NCBI GenBank assembly: GCA_963830865.1
Contig: CAWHNU010000009.1
Coordinates: 495,062 to 559,061, forward strand
Source of the DNA: an uncultured Acidimicrobiales bacterium
Lineage (GTDB): Bacteria; Actinomycetota; Acidimicrobiia; Acidimicrobiales; VFJN01
Length of the DNA stretch: 64,000 nt
Direction: 5' to 3'
Shown: positions 8,332 through 17,118 of the stretch, piece by piece
How positions within the stretch are numbered: the stretch's first letter is position 1
Layout of the letters: every line of letters starts with the position of its first letter
The notes under the pieces: model-generated
What the model was told of the DNA's origin: nothing
Seen by the model: the letters and a program-made list of their open reading frames with translations, nothing else
Databases searched by the model: none
Translations under genes and position numbers: made by a program

Positions 8332-9455
8332 GGCGCGCTCCCCGCGTAACGGTTGGCCGGCCGGGGCAGGCCGAGCCGGGCCCGGAGCGTCCGGGCCGCC
8401 GCGTCGTTGCCGCCGGTCAGGCCGCGCCGGCGCACGGCCGGCACGAGGGCGTCGGCGATCGCCGGCAGGTCGACGTCGGACACGGCGGGCCGCAGCCGGT
8501 AGCCGGCGAGGCCCCGGTCCCGCCCGGCCGCGAGCAGGTCGGCGAGGTCGTCGGCCGTCCCCGCGAAGACGGGCGCATCGGTCCGCCACTCGGCGCCGTG
8601 GGCCTCGTCGAGCCGGTCGCGGCGGGCGGCGGCCTCGCTCGCAGCCGGGGCGAGGACGACGGCGACGTCGGCGACCACCCGCAGCGGCTCGCCGGTGCGC
8701 CCGGCGGCTGCCTCGGCCGCCCGGATCTCGCCCAGCCGCGCCGCCACCGCGCCGCAGTCGAGGTCGGGCGTGACGAACACGACGTCGGCGGCCCGGGCGG
8801 CGAGGTCGTCGGCCGGCGGGACGTGGGCCAGCACCGCCACGACCGGCTGCCCCTGCGGCGGGCGGGGCACGATCGAGGGCCCCTTGACGGTGAAGGACCC
8901 GCCGGCGAAGTCGACGTAGTGCAGTTTGTCCCGGTCGACGTAGCGCCCGGTGGCGATGTCCTTGATGACGGCGTCGTCCTCCCACGAGTCCCACAGGCGC
9001 CGGACGGCCTCGACGGCGTCGCCGGCGTCGGCGAAGGCGGCGTCGACCGAGGGCGCGGGCCGCACGCCGACCAGGTCGGCCTCGGCACGGCGGGTGGAGA
9101 TGCGCGGCTGCCACCCGGCCCGGCCGCCGCTGATGTGGTCGAGCGTGGCGATCACGGAGGCAACGTGGAACGGCTCGGTATGGGTGGTCGTGACCACGGG
9201 GACGAGGCCGAGCCGCCGGGTGAGCGGGGCGACCCGGGCGGCGACGACGGCGGCGTCGGGCCGGGCGCGGGCGGCGCCGAAGGTGTCCTCGAACGTCACG
9301 AAGTCGAGCCCGGCCGCCTCGGCCCGCGCCACCAGGCGGGCCCACAGGCCGGCATCGAACGGATCGGCGGCGCCCGCCGCGCCCACCCGCCCGGCCGCCG
9401 GGTGGTGCCCGGCGCCGTCGAGCGCGGCGGCGAGGATGAGTGCCGGTCCGGTCAC
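8328..9455 (-). CDS. LLM-class flavin-dependent oxidoreductase
   Basis: Intact 375-aa ORF. LDHISGGRAGWQPR and KLHYVDFAGGSFTVKGPSIVPRPPQGQPVV are luciferase-like monooxygenase features. Confidence 0.85.
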   Translation of the reverse strand: MTGPALILAAALDGAGHHPAAGRVGAAGAADPFDAGLWARLVARAEAAGLDFVTFEDTFGAARARPDAAVVAARVAPLTRRLGLVPVVTTTHTEPFHVASVIATLDHISGGRAGWQPRISTRRAEADLVGVRPAPSVDAAFADAGDAVEAVRRLWDSWEDDAVIKDIATGRYVDRDKLHYVDFAGGSFTVKGPSIVPRPPQGQPVVAVLAHVPPADDLAARAADVVFVTPDLDCGAVAARLGEIRAAEAAAGRTGEPLRVVADVAVVLAPAASEAAARRDRLDEAHGAEWRTDAPVFAGTADDLADLLAAGRDRGLAGYRLRPAVSDVDLPAIADALVPAVRRRGLTGGNDAAARTLRARLGLPRPANRYAGSAP

Positions 9456-9515
9456 GTTCCCGGGGAGGTCGAGGCGGCGATGCCGCAGCGTAGGCGCCCG
9501 CCTGCGGTCGTCGCC

Positions 9516-10184
9516 TCAGTCGGTGCCGGTGCGCGCGTGGCGGGCGTGGACGGGCTTGGACTCGGGCGACCCGCGCTGGCGCAGGTAGACGGACAGCACG
9601 ACCAGGCTGCCCACGGCGAGGAACTCGGACTGCCAGTTCTGCAACGACTGGAACCAGAACTCGGACCGGAACAGGAACCCCAAGGCGGACACGGTCGGCT
9701 CGCCGTGGGCGGCCTGCTCGGCGTTGAAGGCATGGGCGCCTGTCACAAGGTGGCCCACGAAGGCGAGCACGAAGAGGCTCAGCAGGGCGACGCTGAGCGA
9801 GTTCTCGTAGATGCGCAGCACCCAGCCGCCGCGCCGCACCGGCCACGGGGCGCCGGGATCGGTCCGGTGGTCCCGGGGATCGGCCTCCACCGCGGGGTCG
9901 CCCTCGGGCGGCTTGGACTCCGCCGAGCCCTTCTGCACGAGCCAGGCCGTGAGCAGCACGTACACGCCCATCTGCAGGAACTCGGACTCCCAGTTCTCGA
10001 AGGTGGCCTCGCCGAAGTCCGCCCGGGTGAGGTACTCCGGCAGGCTGACCGTCGCCTCGCCGTGGGCCCGCTGCTCGTCGTTGAAGGCCCGGTGCCCGGC
10101 CCACGCCTGGCCACCGAGCCAGATCAGCAGGAACGCCCCGAAGGCGACGATCGACAGGCTGTGCTCGCGGACGAAGCGGCTCAT
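9516..10184 (-). CDS. DUF6766-like integral membrane protein with an internal duplication
   Basis: ATG at 10184. There are two homologous halves, each with a TM segment followed by ...AGHRAFNDEQRAHGEATVSL...ENWESEFLQ...GSAESKP and ...GAHAFNAEQAAHGEPTVSA...QNWQSEFLA...GSPESKP. Confidence 0.75.
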   Translation of the reverse strand: MSRFVREHSLSIVAFGAFLLIWLGGQAWAGHRAFNDEQRAHGEATVSLPEYLTRADFGEATFENWESEFLQMGVYVLLTAWLVQKGSAESKPPEGDPAVEADPRDHRTDPGAPWPVRRGGWVLRIYENSLSVALLSLFVLAFVGHLVTGAHAFNAEQAAHGEPTVSALGFLFRSEFWFQSLQNWQSEFLAVGSLVVLSVYLRQRGSPESKPVHARHARTGTD

Positions 10185-10252
10185 CGCCCCATCGTGCTCC
10201 GGCGGCCCGGACCGCGTCGGCCGCCGACGTCGACGCCGCCCACGGGCTGCGG

Positions 10253-11041
10253 TCAGCGGCCCTGGTAGTCCGGGTCCCGGCGCTCGACGAACGCCGAGAC
10301 GGCCTCGGCGAAGTCCTTGGTCCGGAACAGGCCGGTCAGCTCGGACATCACGTGGTGGGCGTTGGCGTCGAAGGTGGTGTCGAGGCCGAGGCGCATCGTC
10401 CGCTTGGCGGCCGCCACGGCCAGCGGGGCCTGGGCGGCGAGCTCGGTGGCCCACTCGGCGACCGTCTTGTCGAGCTCGGCCGCGGGCACGACCAGGTTGA
10501 CGAGCCCGAGCCGCTGGAGGTCGGCCGCGTCGAGCTTGCGGCCGAGGAACGTCACCTCGCAGGCCTTGTGCCAGCCGACCAGGCGGGGCAGCAGCCACGT
10601 GCCGCCGCTCTCGGGGATCACGCCCCGCCGCGTGGGCGGGACGAACGTCGCGGCGTCCGACGCGACGATCAGGTCGCAGCCCAGCGCGAGGTCCATGCCG
10701 TAGCCCGCGGCGGGGCCGTTGAGCGCGCACAGGACCGGAGTGTCCATCCGGCGCAGGACGAACGGCGGGGTGTCGTCGAGCCGGAACCCGCCGCCGCCAC
10801 CGCCGCCTCCCCCGGACCCGATGCCGGTCCCGGCGGCCACGTCCTGGAGGTCGAGGCCCGAGCAGAACCCGCGACCGGCACCGGTCAGCACCACGACCCG
10901 CACGTCGCGGTCGGCGTCGCATTCGACCAGCATGCGGCCAAGGTCCGCGATCATCGGGCCGCTGATGGCGTTGAGCCGGTCGGGACGGTTGAGGGTGATG
11001 GTGGCGACGTGGCCGTCGCGGGATCCCAGGACGTCGGACAT
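10253..11041 (-). CDS. Enoyl-CoA hydratase/isomerase family protein
   Basis: MSDVLGSRDGHVATITLNRPDRLNAI...VVVLTGAGRGFCSGLDL is a crotonase signature. An alternative start lies at 11059. Confidence 0.85.
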   Translation of the reverse strand: MSDVLGSRDGHVATITLNRPDRLNAISGPMIADLGRMLVECDADRDVRVVVLTGAGRGFCSGLDLQDVAAGTGIGSGGGGGGGGGFRLDDTPPFVLRRMDTPVLCALNGPAAGYGMDLALGCDLIVASDAATFVPPTRRGVIPESGGTWLLPRLVGWHKACEVTFLGRKLDAADLQRLGLVNLVVPAAELDKTVAEWATELAAQAPLAVAAAKRTMRLGLDTTFDANAHHVMSELTGLFRTKDFAEAVSAFVERRDPDYQGR

Positions 11042-11076
11042 CGGGCGATCCTCGCGCACGCAGGGACGACGCGCTC

Positions 11077-12084
11077 ATGCCCGGCCGGGAATCGCCAGGC
11101 GGTCCCGGTGGCTTCATGGTGGCGGTCATGGAACGCGAGACGGACCCGGTGCGGATCGGCCTGCTGCTGCCGCTGCGGGAGGTGCTGCTCGGCGTCGGCT
11201 GGGCGCCCCTCGATGTGGTGGACCTGGCGGTGGAGGTGGAGCGGCGCGGGTTCGCCTCGGTCTGGGTCAACGACGCCCTGGACCGGCCCCGGATAGAGGC
11301 GCTCACCGCCCTGACCGCGGTCGCCGCCCGCACCGAGCGGGTCACCCTCGGTACGGCGGTGCTCATGCCCGCCTACCGCCAGCCGCTGCAGCTCGGCCAG
11401 GTGCTCGCCTCCCTCGACCTGCTGTCGGGCGGGCGCCTGGTGGTGGGCGTCGGCGCCGGCTTCCCCGGGTTCAGCGAGAACGAGCTGGCCGCCGTCGGCG
11501 TCGACCGGCGCAGCCGCTTCGCCCGGCTGGACGACACCGTGGCCGTGTGGCGCCGCCTGTGGTCGGGCGACCGAGGCGGGTTCGAGGGATCGGTCCTCCG
11601 CTACGACTGGTTACCCGAGGTCGCCGCGCCCGCCAGTCCCGGCGGCCCGCCCGTCTGGCTCGGCGGGCTCACCCCGGCCGCGCTCGACCGGACGGGGCGC
11701 CTGTACGACGGCTGGCTGCCTTACCCGCCGGCGCCGGACGACTACCGGCCCGCGCTCGCCGCGGTCCGGAAGGCGGCGGTCGCCGCTGGCCGGGCGCCGG
11801 GCGCGGTGACGCCGGCGCTGTTCGTCACCGTGGCCCTCGACGACGAGGCCCGGGCGGGCGAGCGGCTCGACGCGTACTGCCGCACGATCTACGGCCGCCC
11901 GGCCGGGGTCGTGCGGGGCATCCAGGCGATGCTCGCAGGCCCGGCCGACACGGTGGCCGCCGGCCTCGGCCGCTACGTCGACGCCGGCGCCCGCCACCTG
12001 GTCATCCGCCCCGCCGCGCTCGACCGGGACGACCACGCCCGCCAGCTCGACCGGCTCACCGAGGTCGCCGACGGCGTCAGGTGA
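11077..12084 (+). CDS. LLM-class F420-dependent oxidoreductase
   Basis: 335-aa ORF. FASVWVNDAL...LGTAVLMPAYRQPLQLGQVLASLDLLSGGRLVVGVGAG is typical of the family. The true start may be one of the internal Met codons between 11116 and 11128. Confidence 0.8.
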   Translation: MPGRESPGGPGGFMVAVMERETDPVRIGLLLPLREVLLGVGWAPLDVVDLAVEVERRGFASVWVNDALDRPRIEALTALTAVAARTERVTLGTAVLMPAYRQPLQLGQVLASLDLLSGGRLVVGVGAGFPGFSENELAAVGVDRRSRFARLDDTVAVWRRLWSGDRGGFEGSVLRYDWLPEVAAPASPGGPPVWLGGLTPAALDRTGRLYDGWLPYPPAPDDYRPALAAVRKAAVAAGRAPGAVTPALFVTVALDDEARAGERLDAYCRTIYGRPAGVVRGIQAMLAGPADTVAAGLGRYVDAGARHLVIRPAALDRDDHARQLDRLTEVADGVR

Positions 12085-13819
12085 GCACGATCACGCAGCC
12101 GTTGAGCGTCACGGCCGCGTCTGGATCGGGGCCCACTCTCTGGCTGTGGCCCGCGGAGTCGACGGCCTCCACGGTCCAGGTGACAGTTGTCGACTGCCCA
12201 GAGAGCATCTGTGTGTCGGCGATCGGCCCGAGGGTCGCGGTCCAGACGTCCCCGGCACCCGGGGCCATCTCGATCGTGCCGTTGTGCCCCGCGGTCGACT
12301 CCCAGGTGACCTTGACACCGGCCACCCCCGAGGCGTCGGTCACGGTGGCTGACAGTTGGGTTGTGAGAGGGAGCTCGCACCGGCAACACGTGCCCGGGGC
12401 GCCACTGATGTCGGCGCCGATGACTTTGACGTTGCGCGCCAGATTCGTGACGCTGGGCGGCACGTCGGGCGGCACGTCCAGAGGGGCGGGCGCTGCTGGT
12501 GCGGGGGCGTTCGGAGTCACGCCGGACCCCGGTCGGGGGATGGTCCCCGGCCGGCGGGTCGTGGTGGACGTGGTGGGCGAGGCGGTGGTGGCCGTCTGGT
12601 CCGGCGCCGGTAAGGTCTCGCTCGCGCGGTCCTTCGGGACCCGGGCCCCGGCGTCTCCCCGGCCGGACCCGACGGTCGTGGCCGTACTGCTGCCGGCCCG
12701 TTCGTCCGGATCGGCCGGCGCGGACGAGGTGACGAGGTCGGCCGTGTGGGCGTCTCGGGTACACGAGCGCAACGTCACCGCTCCCACGGCCAGCACCGTC
12801 ACGACCAGCGGCGCCAGCACGAGCGCCCCCTTGGCGCGGCCCACCACCCGTGGCGGGCGCTTCGGCGGAGGTTTCTTGGCCTCGCGCAGTGCGTCACCGG
12901 CCGCCGCCGCGATGCTGCCGCCGTCGCCGGGCGGGCCCGGCGGAGGTTTCTTGGCCCCGGTCAGCGCGTGACCGGCCGCCGCTGCGATGCTGCCGCCGTC
13001 GCCGGCTGCTCCCAGCGGAGGGTTGGTGGCCCCGCTCAGGGCGTGACCGGCCGCCGCCGCGACGCTGCCGCCGGCACCCCCGGCGCCGGCAGCCGGCCCG
13101 GGGTGGGGGGCGGCCAGCAGGGCCGCGCCCGCAGGGACGCCGACCGCGAGAGCGATGCCCGAGCCACCGTCAGGCCCGCCGGCCAGGAGGGCGGCACCGC
13201 ACGCCGCCGCGGCGCGGGGCCCGCGGGCGACCACCGCGCTCAGCCCGGTGGTGGCCGTGATGCCCTCCGCCAGGCCCGGCAGCCACACGGCCCCACCGAC
13301 CACGACGACCACGTCGGTCTCCCTGGGCACGAGGCCGTGCGCCGTCAGCGCGAGTGAGACCGCCTCCACCGCGGCCGCCCGGGAGGACAGCGGCCACCCC
13401 GCGGGCGGCCCGTCGATCGCCAGCCCGTCGGGCCGGGAACGCACCGCCGTGACCACCACGCGGGTCTCCTCGGCCTCGACCACGATCAGCACGGCGTCCG
13501 GGTCCACCTCGTTGGTGTGCGTGAACCACCGGGCCGCGGCAACCGGCCGCGGCACCAAGAGCGGATCCTCGAACGCGCCGCGGGCGGCGGCCTCCAACTC
13601 CGCCCGGGCAGCCCCGAGCGCGGGCACCGCGACCGCGACGGCCGGGACGGCGTCCGCGCCCACCAGTCGGCTCGCCAGCGACGCCAACCGGTGCTGCGTG
13701 GTCGCGTCACCGGCCAGGTCCGCGGTGGGAACGACGAGGGCCTCCTCGATCTCGTCTCCGCGACGGCGCGCCGCCACGGACGTCACCTCGCCCAGGTCGA
13801 TTCCGACTGCGTCACCCAT
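12077..13819 (-). CDS. Hsp70/actin-like ATPase-fold protein with one TM helix and a Cys-containing C-terminal beta-rich domain
   Basis: Probable start MGDAVGIDLGEVTS at 13819. Degenerate Hsp70 NBD motifs are present (GIDLG; VVVVGGAVWLPGL). These are followed by three 25-aa Ala/Gly/Pro repeats, a TM segment (ALVLAPLVVTVLAVGAVTL), a Pro/Thr-rich linker and a roughly 110-aa terminal domain. Confidence 0.7.
   Translation of the reverse strand: MGDAVGIDLGEVTSVAARRRGDEIEEALVVPTADLAGDATTQHRLASLASRLVGADAVPAVAVAVPALGAARAELEAAARGAFEDPLLVPRPVAAARWFTHTNEVDPDAVLIVVEAEETRVVVTAVRSRPDGLAIDGPPAGWPLSSRAAAVEAVSLALTAHGLVPRETDVVVVVGGAVWLPGLAEGITATTGLSAVVARGPRAAAACGAALLAGGPDGGSGIALAVGVPAGAALLAAPHPGPAAGAGGAGGSVAAAAGHALSGATNPPLGAAGDGGSIAAAAGHALTGAKKPPPGPPGDGGSIAAAAGDALREAKKPPPKRPPRVVGRAKGALVLAPLVVTVLAVGAVTLRSCTRDAHTADLVTSSAPADPDERAGSSTATTVGSGRGDAGARVPKDRASETLPAPDQTATTASPTTSTTTRRPGTIPRPGSGVTPNAPAPAAPAPLDVPPDVPPSVTNLARNVKVIGADISGAPGTCCRCELPLTTQLSATVTDASGVAGVKVTWESTAGHNGTIEMAPGAGDVWTATLGPIADTQMLSGQSTTVTWTVEAVDSAGHSQRVGPDPDAAVTLNGCVIVLT
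12864..13088. repeat. 3 x 75-bp tandem repeat inside the Hsp70-like gene
   Basis: Units start at 12864, 12939 and 13014 (ggcggaggtttcttggcc...gcgatgctgccgccgtcgcc). On the minus strand they encode GGSIAAAAGHAL(T/S)GAKKPPPGPPGD-type repeats. Confidence 0.8.
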
Positions 13820-13917
13820 GGACCCCGCCGCCTCGCCGCATCCGCATGCCGCTGCTGAATGTAGTGGCGTGACCACGTTCCGGGTAGCAGAAAATTGACA
13901 GGGACGACTCCCGTTTA

Positions 13918-13931
13918 CGAACACATGTTCG
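13918..13931. promoter_or_regulatory. LexA (SOS) box, Gram-positive/actinobacterial Cheo-box type: CGAACACATGTTCG
   Basis: It is a perfect match to the CGAAC-N4-GTTCG consensus. It lies 1 bp upstream of a TAGGCT -10-like hexamer and 14 bp upstream of the ATG at 13945. Confidence 0.6.
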
Positions 13932-13932
13932 C

Positions 13933-13938
13933 TAGGCT
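13933..13938 (+). promoter_or_regulatory. -10-like hexamer TAGGCT (TANNNT) placed 6 nt before the ATG; geometry of a leaderless transcript
   Basis: Read directly. A spacing of 6-7 nt between -10 and start codon is the usual actinobacterial leaderless arrangement (established knowledge). No SD sequence is present. Confidence 0.4.
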
Positions 13939-13944
13939 GGCGGC

Positions 13945-14112
13945 ATGACGCCGGAGCAACTCGACGAGCTGTCGAAGCGACACGCCACGTTCACGACGAC
14001 GGCCCTCTACATGCAGCATCCCCGCAACGATCTGGACCGCTGGCGCCGAGACTGGGCCGAGATCAACCGCCTGGTGGAGGAGATCAACCGCCTCGTGCGC
14101 CTGTACCGCTGA
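13945..14112 (+). CDS. Small hypothetical protein (55 aa), hydrophilic and helical-looking
   Basis: Absent from the ORF track because it is under 60 aa. ATG 13945 to TGA 14110-14112. Translation is MTPEQLDELSKRHATFTTTALYMQHPRNDLDRWRRDWAEINRLVEEINRLVRLYR. GC3 bias is strong, consistent with real coding. Confidence 0.5.
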   Translation: MTPEQLDELSKRHATFTTTALYMQHPRNDLDRWRRDWAEINRLVEEINRLVRLYR

Positions 14113-14179
14113 CCTCGTCCTTACCGCGCCCGGCGACGGTAGGCCAGAGCCGCTGGGGGCCCGGTCCGGCTGGCGAAGC

Positions 14180-14641
14180 GTGGCAGCTAGCGTCCCGGCG
14201 ATGACGTCGTGGGGCGACCCCCTCGATCCGGTGGCCGGCGCCCAGCGCATGACCGAGTTCTTCGGTCCGCTCGTGCCGGGCCAGCTCGGCTGTGTCTTCG
14301 ACCACTCGGCCAAGGACCTGGTCATCGGGCACATCGACGTGACCGAGAGCCTCATTGCCGGGACCGGCTACCTCTTCGCTCCCGCCGTCATTGCCCTGGC
14401 CGACACGTGCGCGGCGATCGGCTGCGGGAACAACCTGCCCGACGACACGTCGTTCACGACGATCGAGCTGAAGACGAACTTCCTCTCGTCGGCCCGCCTC
14501 GGCGAGCGTGTCGCGTGCCGGTGCGTGCCGGCTCATCTCGGTCGCCAGACCCACGTCTGGGATGCCGAGGTCACCAACGAGTCGAAGGGCCGGGTCATGG
14601 CGTTGTTCCGTTGCACCCAGATCCTCCTGCCACGGGGGTGA
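14180..14641 (+). CDS. PaaI-family (hotdog-fold) thioesterase
   Basis: GHIDVTESLIAGTGYLFAPAVIALADTCAA...TIELKTNFLSSARLGE...GRQTHVWDAEV is the PaaI/4HBT pattern. The start may instead be the Met at 14201. Confidence 0.8.
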   Translation: MAASVPAMTSWGDPLDPVAGAQRMTEFFGPLVPGQLGCVFDHSAKDLVIGHIDVTESLIAGTGYLFAPAVIALADTCAAIGCGNNLPDDTSFTTIELKTNFLSSARLGERVACRCVPAHLGRQTHVWDAEVTNESKGRVMALFRCTQILLPRG

Positions 14642-14721
14642 CGCGGCGCCGAGGCGGGACCCGGGCGTCGCCGGCGAAACCCGGACCAGCCGCAGCCGCC
14701 TCCGGCTGAGAGACTGCGGGC

Positions 14722-15102
14722 GTGGTCCCGTTCGAGCGGATCCGGGCGATCGCCCTCGCGCTCCCCGAGGTGGAGGAGTCGACGACCAACGGCTCGCTCG
14801 CCTTCCGGGTCCGGGGGCGGCTGTTCCTGCACCTGTGGGACGACGGCGACACGCTCGTCATCCGCATCGGGCGCGAGGAGAAGCAGCCGCTCCTCATGGT
14901 CGACCCCGACCGGTTCTTCGTGAACCGGCCGCTCCGGAACTCGCCGGCGGTGCTCACGCGGCTGAGCGTGCAGACCGAGGACGACGTCCCCGAGCTGGCC
15001 GACCTGATCGAGGACGCCTGGCGCCGCTGCGCCCCCAAGGCCCTCAGCCGGGTGTACCCACCAGGCGAACGACCTCCCGATCGTGGCTCAGGTGGCAGAT
15101 GA
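14722..15102 (+). CDS. MmcQ/YjbR-family protein
   Basis: GTG start. FERIRAIALALPEVEESTTNGSLAFRVRGRLFLHLWDDGDTLVIR is typical of YjbR-like proteins. Confidence 0.7.
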   Translation: MVPFERIRAIALALPEVEESTTNGSLAFRVRGRLFLHLWDDGDTLVIRIGREEKQPLLMVDPDRFFVNRPLRNSPAVLTRLSVQTEDDVPELADLIEDAWRRCAPKALSRVYPPGERPPDRGSGGR

Positions 15103-15149
15103 CCACCGCCAGCGTGAGGCGCTCGATCTCGGGCAGCGCCGCCAGCTTC

Positions 15150-15873
15150 ATGGCCCGCACACTACGGGCCGGACATGGTACGGATGCCCCCGTGGACGAC
15201 GTCGCCGCCTACGACCGGATCGCCGAATGGTACGTCGCCTGGGTCGGCGACGACCCCGGGCTGATGACCCGCAGGGGGACGCCGCTCGTGCCCGAGCGGC
15301 TGGACGGCGAGCGGGTGCTGGACGCCGCGTGCGGGCAGGGGCGGGTGGCGCGCGGGCTGGCGCGGCGCGGCGCCGCGGTGGTCGGGGTCGACCTGTCGGC
15401 CCAGCTGATCGCCAGGGCCCGCGCTGCGGAGGCCGCCGCGCCCCTCGGTGTCGAGTACCGGTCCGGTGACCTGGCCGACCCCGGCGGGTGGTGGGACGGG
15501 GCGCCGTTCGACGGGGCCGTGTGCGCGCTGGCGCTCATGGACATCGCCGACCTCGACGCGGCCCTGGCCGGCGTGGCCCGCGTCCTGCGGCCCGGCGGCT
15601 GGTTCGTCGCCTCGCTGTTGCACCCGTGCTTCCCCGGGTCGGCCACCGGCTTGTCGAGCTGGCCGCCGGACGGGGGGTATGCGGCGGAGGGCTGGTGGAC
15701 CTCGCCCGACCACAACCCCGTCGGCGCCCGGATCCGGGTCGGCGGCCTACCACCGCATGCTCGCCACCTACCTGAATGCGCTCACCGACGCCGGCCTGGT
15801 GCTCGAACGGGCGCACGAGTCCAGCGACGCCGTCCCGCTCTACCTCGTGCTCGCCTGCCGGCGGGCGCCCTAG
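15150..15873 (+). pseudogene. Class I SAM-dependent methyltransferase, one +1 frame break near 15740-15750
   Basis: The frame from 15150 has VLDAACGQGRVARGLARRGAAVVGVDLS (SAM motif I) and LRPGGWFVASLLHP. The C-terminus YHRMLATYLNALTDAGLVLERAHE... continues in the next frame and ends at TAG 15871-15873. Confidence 0.7.
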
Positions 15874-15882
15874 GGTGCCGGC

Positions 15883-17082
15883 ATGCCGGGACCGATGGAG
15901 GGGGTCAGGGTCGTCGAGGTGGGGCAGTGGGTGGCCGGGCCGGCCGCCGCCGCCGTGCTCGGGGACTGGGGGGCCGACGTCGTCAAGATCGAGCCCCTGG
16001 ACGGCGACCCGTTCCGGGGCCTGCTGTCCGCGCTCGGCGCGGGCGGGACCAGCCCGCCGTTCGAGCTCGACAACCGCAACAAGCGCAGCGTCGCGCTCGA
16101 CCTCGGCGTCGAGGAGGCCCGCGGCATCGCCGCCCAGCTCGTCGACGGCGCCGACGTGTTCGTCACCAACGTCCGTCCCAGCGCGCTCGCCCGCGCCGGG
16201 CTCGACTTCGCCTCGGTGGCGGCGCGCAACCACCGGCTCGTCTACGCCCACGTCACCGGGTACGGGCTGGAGGGCGAGGACGCCGACCGCGCCGCCTACG
16301 ACGTGGGCGCGTTCTGGTCGCGCGCCGGAGTCGCCGCGTCGCTGACGCCGGACGGCTCGCCGCTGCCGTACCAGCGGGGCGGCATGGGCGACCACATGGC
16401 CGGGCTTGCGGCCGCCGGCGCCGTGTCGGCGGCGCTGTTCGCCCGCGAGCGCACGGGCACCGGCCAGCTCGTGTCGGTGTCGCTGCTGCGCATCGGCATG
16501 TACATGCTCGGCTGGGACATCAGCATGGCGCTGCGCCTCGGGTTCCCGACGACGCCGATCTCGGTGTCCGCGCCGCCCAACCCGCTGATCAGCGCCTACG
16601 AGACCGGCGACGGCAAGCGGTTCTGGATGCTGGGCCTCCAGGGCGATCGCCACTGGCCGGACGTGCTCCGGGCGGTCGAGCGGCCGGAATGGGCGGACGA
16701 CGAGCGGTTCTCGTCGATCATCGCCCGGTTCCAGCATGCGGCCGAGCTGGTCACGGAGCTGAACGCGATCTTCGCCACCCGGACCATGGCCGAGTGGGCA
16801 CCGATCTTCGACCGGGAGGACGTGTGGTGGGCCCCGGTGCAGCACGCCCACGAGACCGTGGACGACCCCCAGGTCCGGGCCGCCGGGGGGTTCGTACCGG
16901 TGCCGACCGACGGCGGCGACCCCGTCGAGATGGTCGCGTCACCGGTCGACTTCGGGGGCACGCCGTGGGCGCCCCGCTCGATGCCGCCCGAGTTCGCCCA
17001 GCACACCGAGGAGGTCCTGCTCGAGCTGGGCCACGACTGGGACCGGATCATCCAGCTCAAGGACCTGGGCGCCATCCCCTGA
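15883..17082 (+). CDS. Family III CoA-transferase (CaiB/BaiF)
   Basis: Intact 399-aa ORF. GVRVVEVGQWVAGPAAAAVLGDWGADVVKIEP and NKRSVALDL are hallmark family III motifs. Confidence 0.9.
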   Translation: MPGPMEGVRVVEVGQWVAGPAAAAVLGDWGADVVKIEPLDGDPFRGLLSALGAGGTSPPFELDNRNKRSVALDLGVEEARGIAAQLVDGADVFVTNVRPSALARAGLDFASVAARNHRLVYAHVTGYGLEGEDADRAAYDVGAFWSRAGVAASLTPDGSPLPYQRGGMGDHMAGLAAAGAVSAALFARERTGTGQLVSVSLLRIGMYMLGWDISMALRLGFPTTPISVSAPPNPLISAYETGDGKRFWMLGLQGDRHWPDVLRAVERPEWADDERFSSIIARFQHAAELVTELNAIFATRTMAEWAPIFDREDVWWAPVQHAHETVDDPQVRAAGGFVPVPTDGGDPVEMVASPVDFGGTPWAPRSMPPEFAQHTEEVLLELGHDWDRIIQLKDLGAIP

Positions 17083-17118
17083 TGCGTTAGAACAGGCGGG
17101 GGCGGCATCCGAAGGAGA

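Noticed and set aside
13895-13900. Consensus TTGACA as the -35 for the small SOS-box ORF.
   Set aside because: It is 32 nt upstream of the TAGGCT -10, far from the 16-18 nt optimum. It may belong to another promoter or be fortuitous.
15043-15150. 35-aa minus-strand ORF MKLAALPEIERLTLAVVICHLSHDREVVRLVGTPG between the YjbR-like gene and the methyltransferase.
   Set aside because: It is too short, overlaps the 3' end of the plus-strand gene, has no SD or promoter signal, and matches no family I recognise. It may be a gene remnant, but that cannot be supported from sequence alone.
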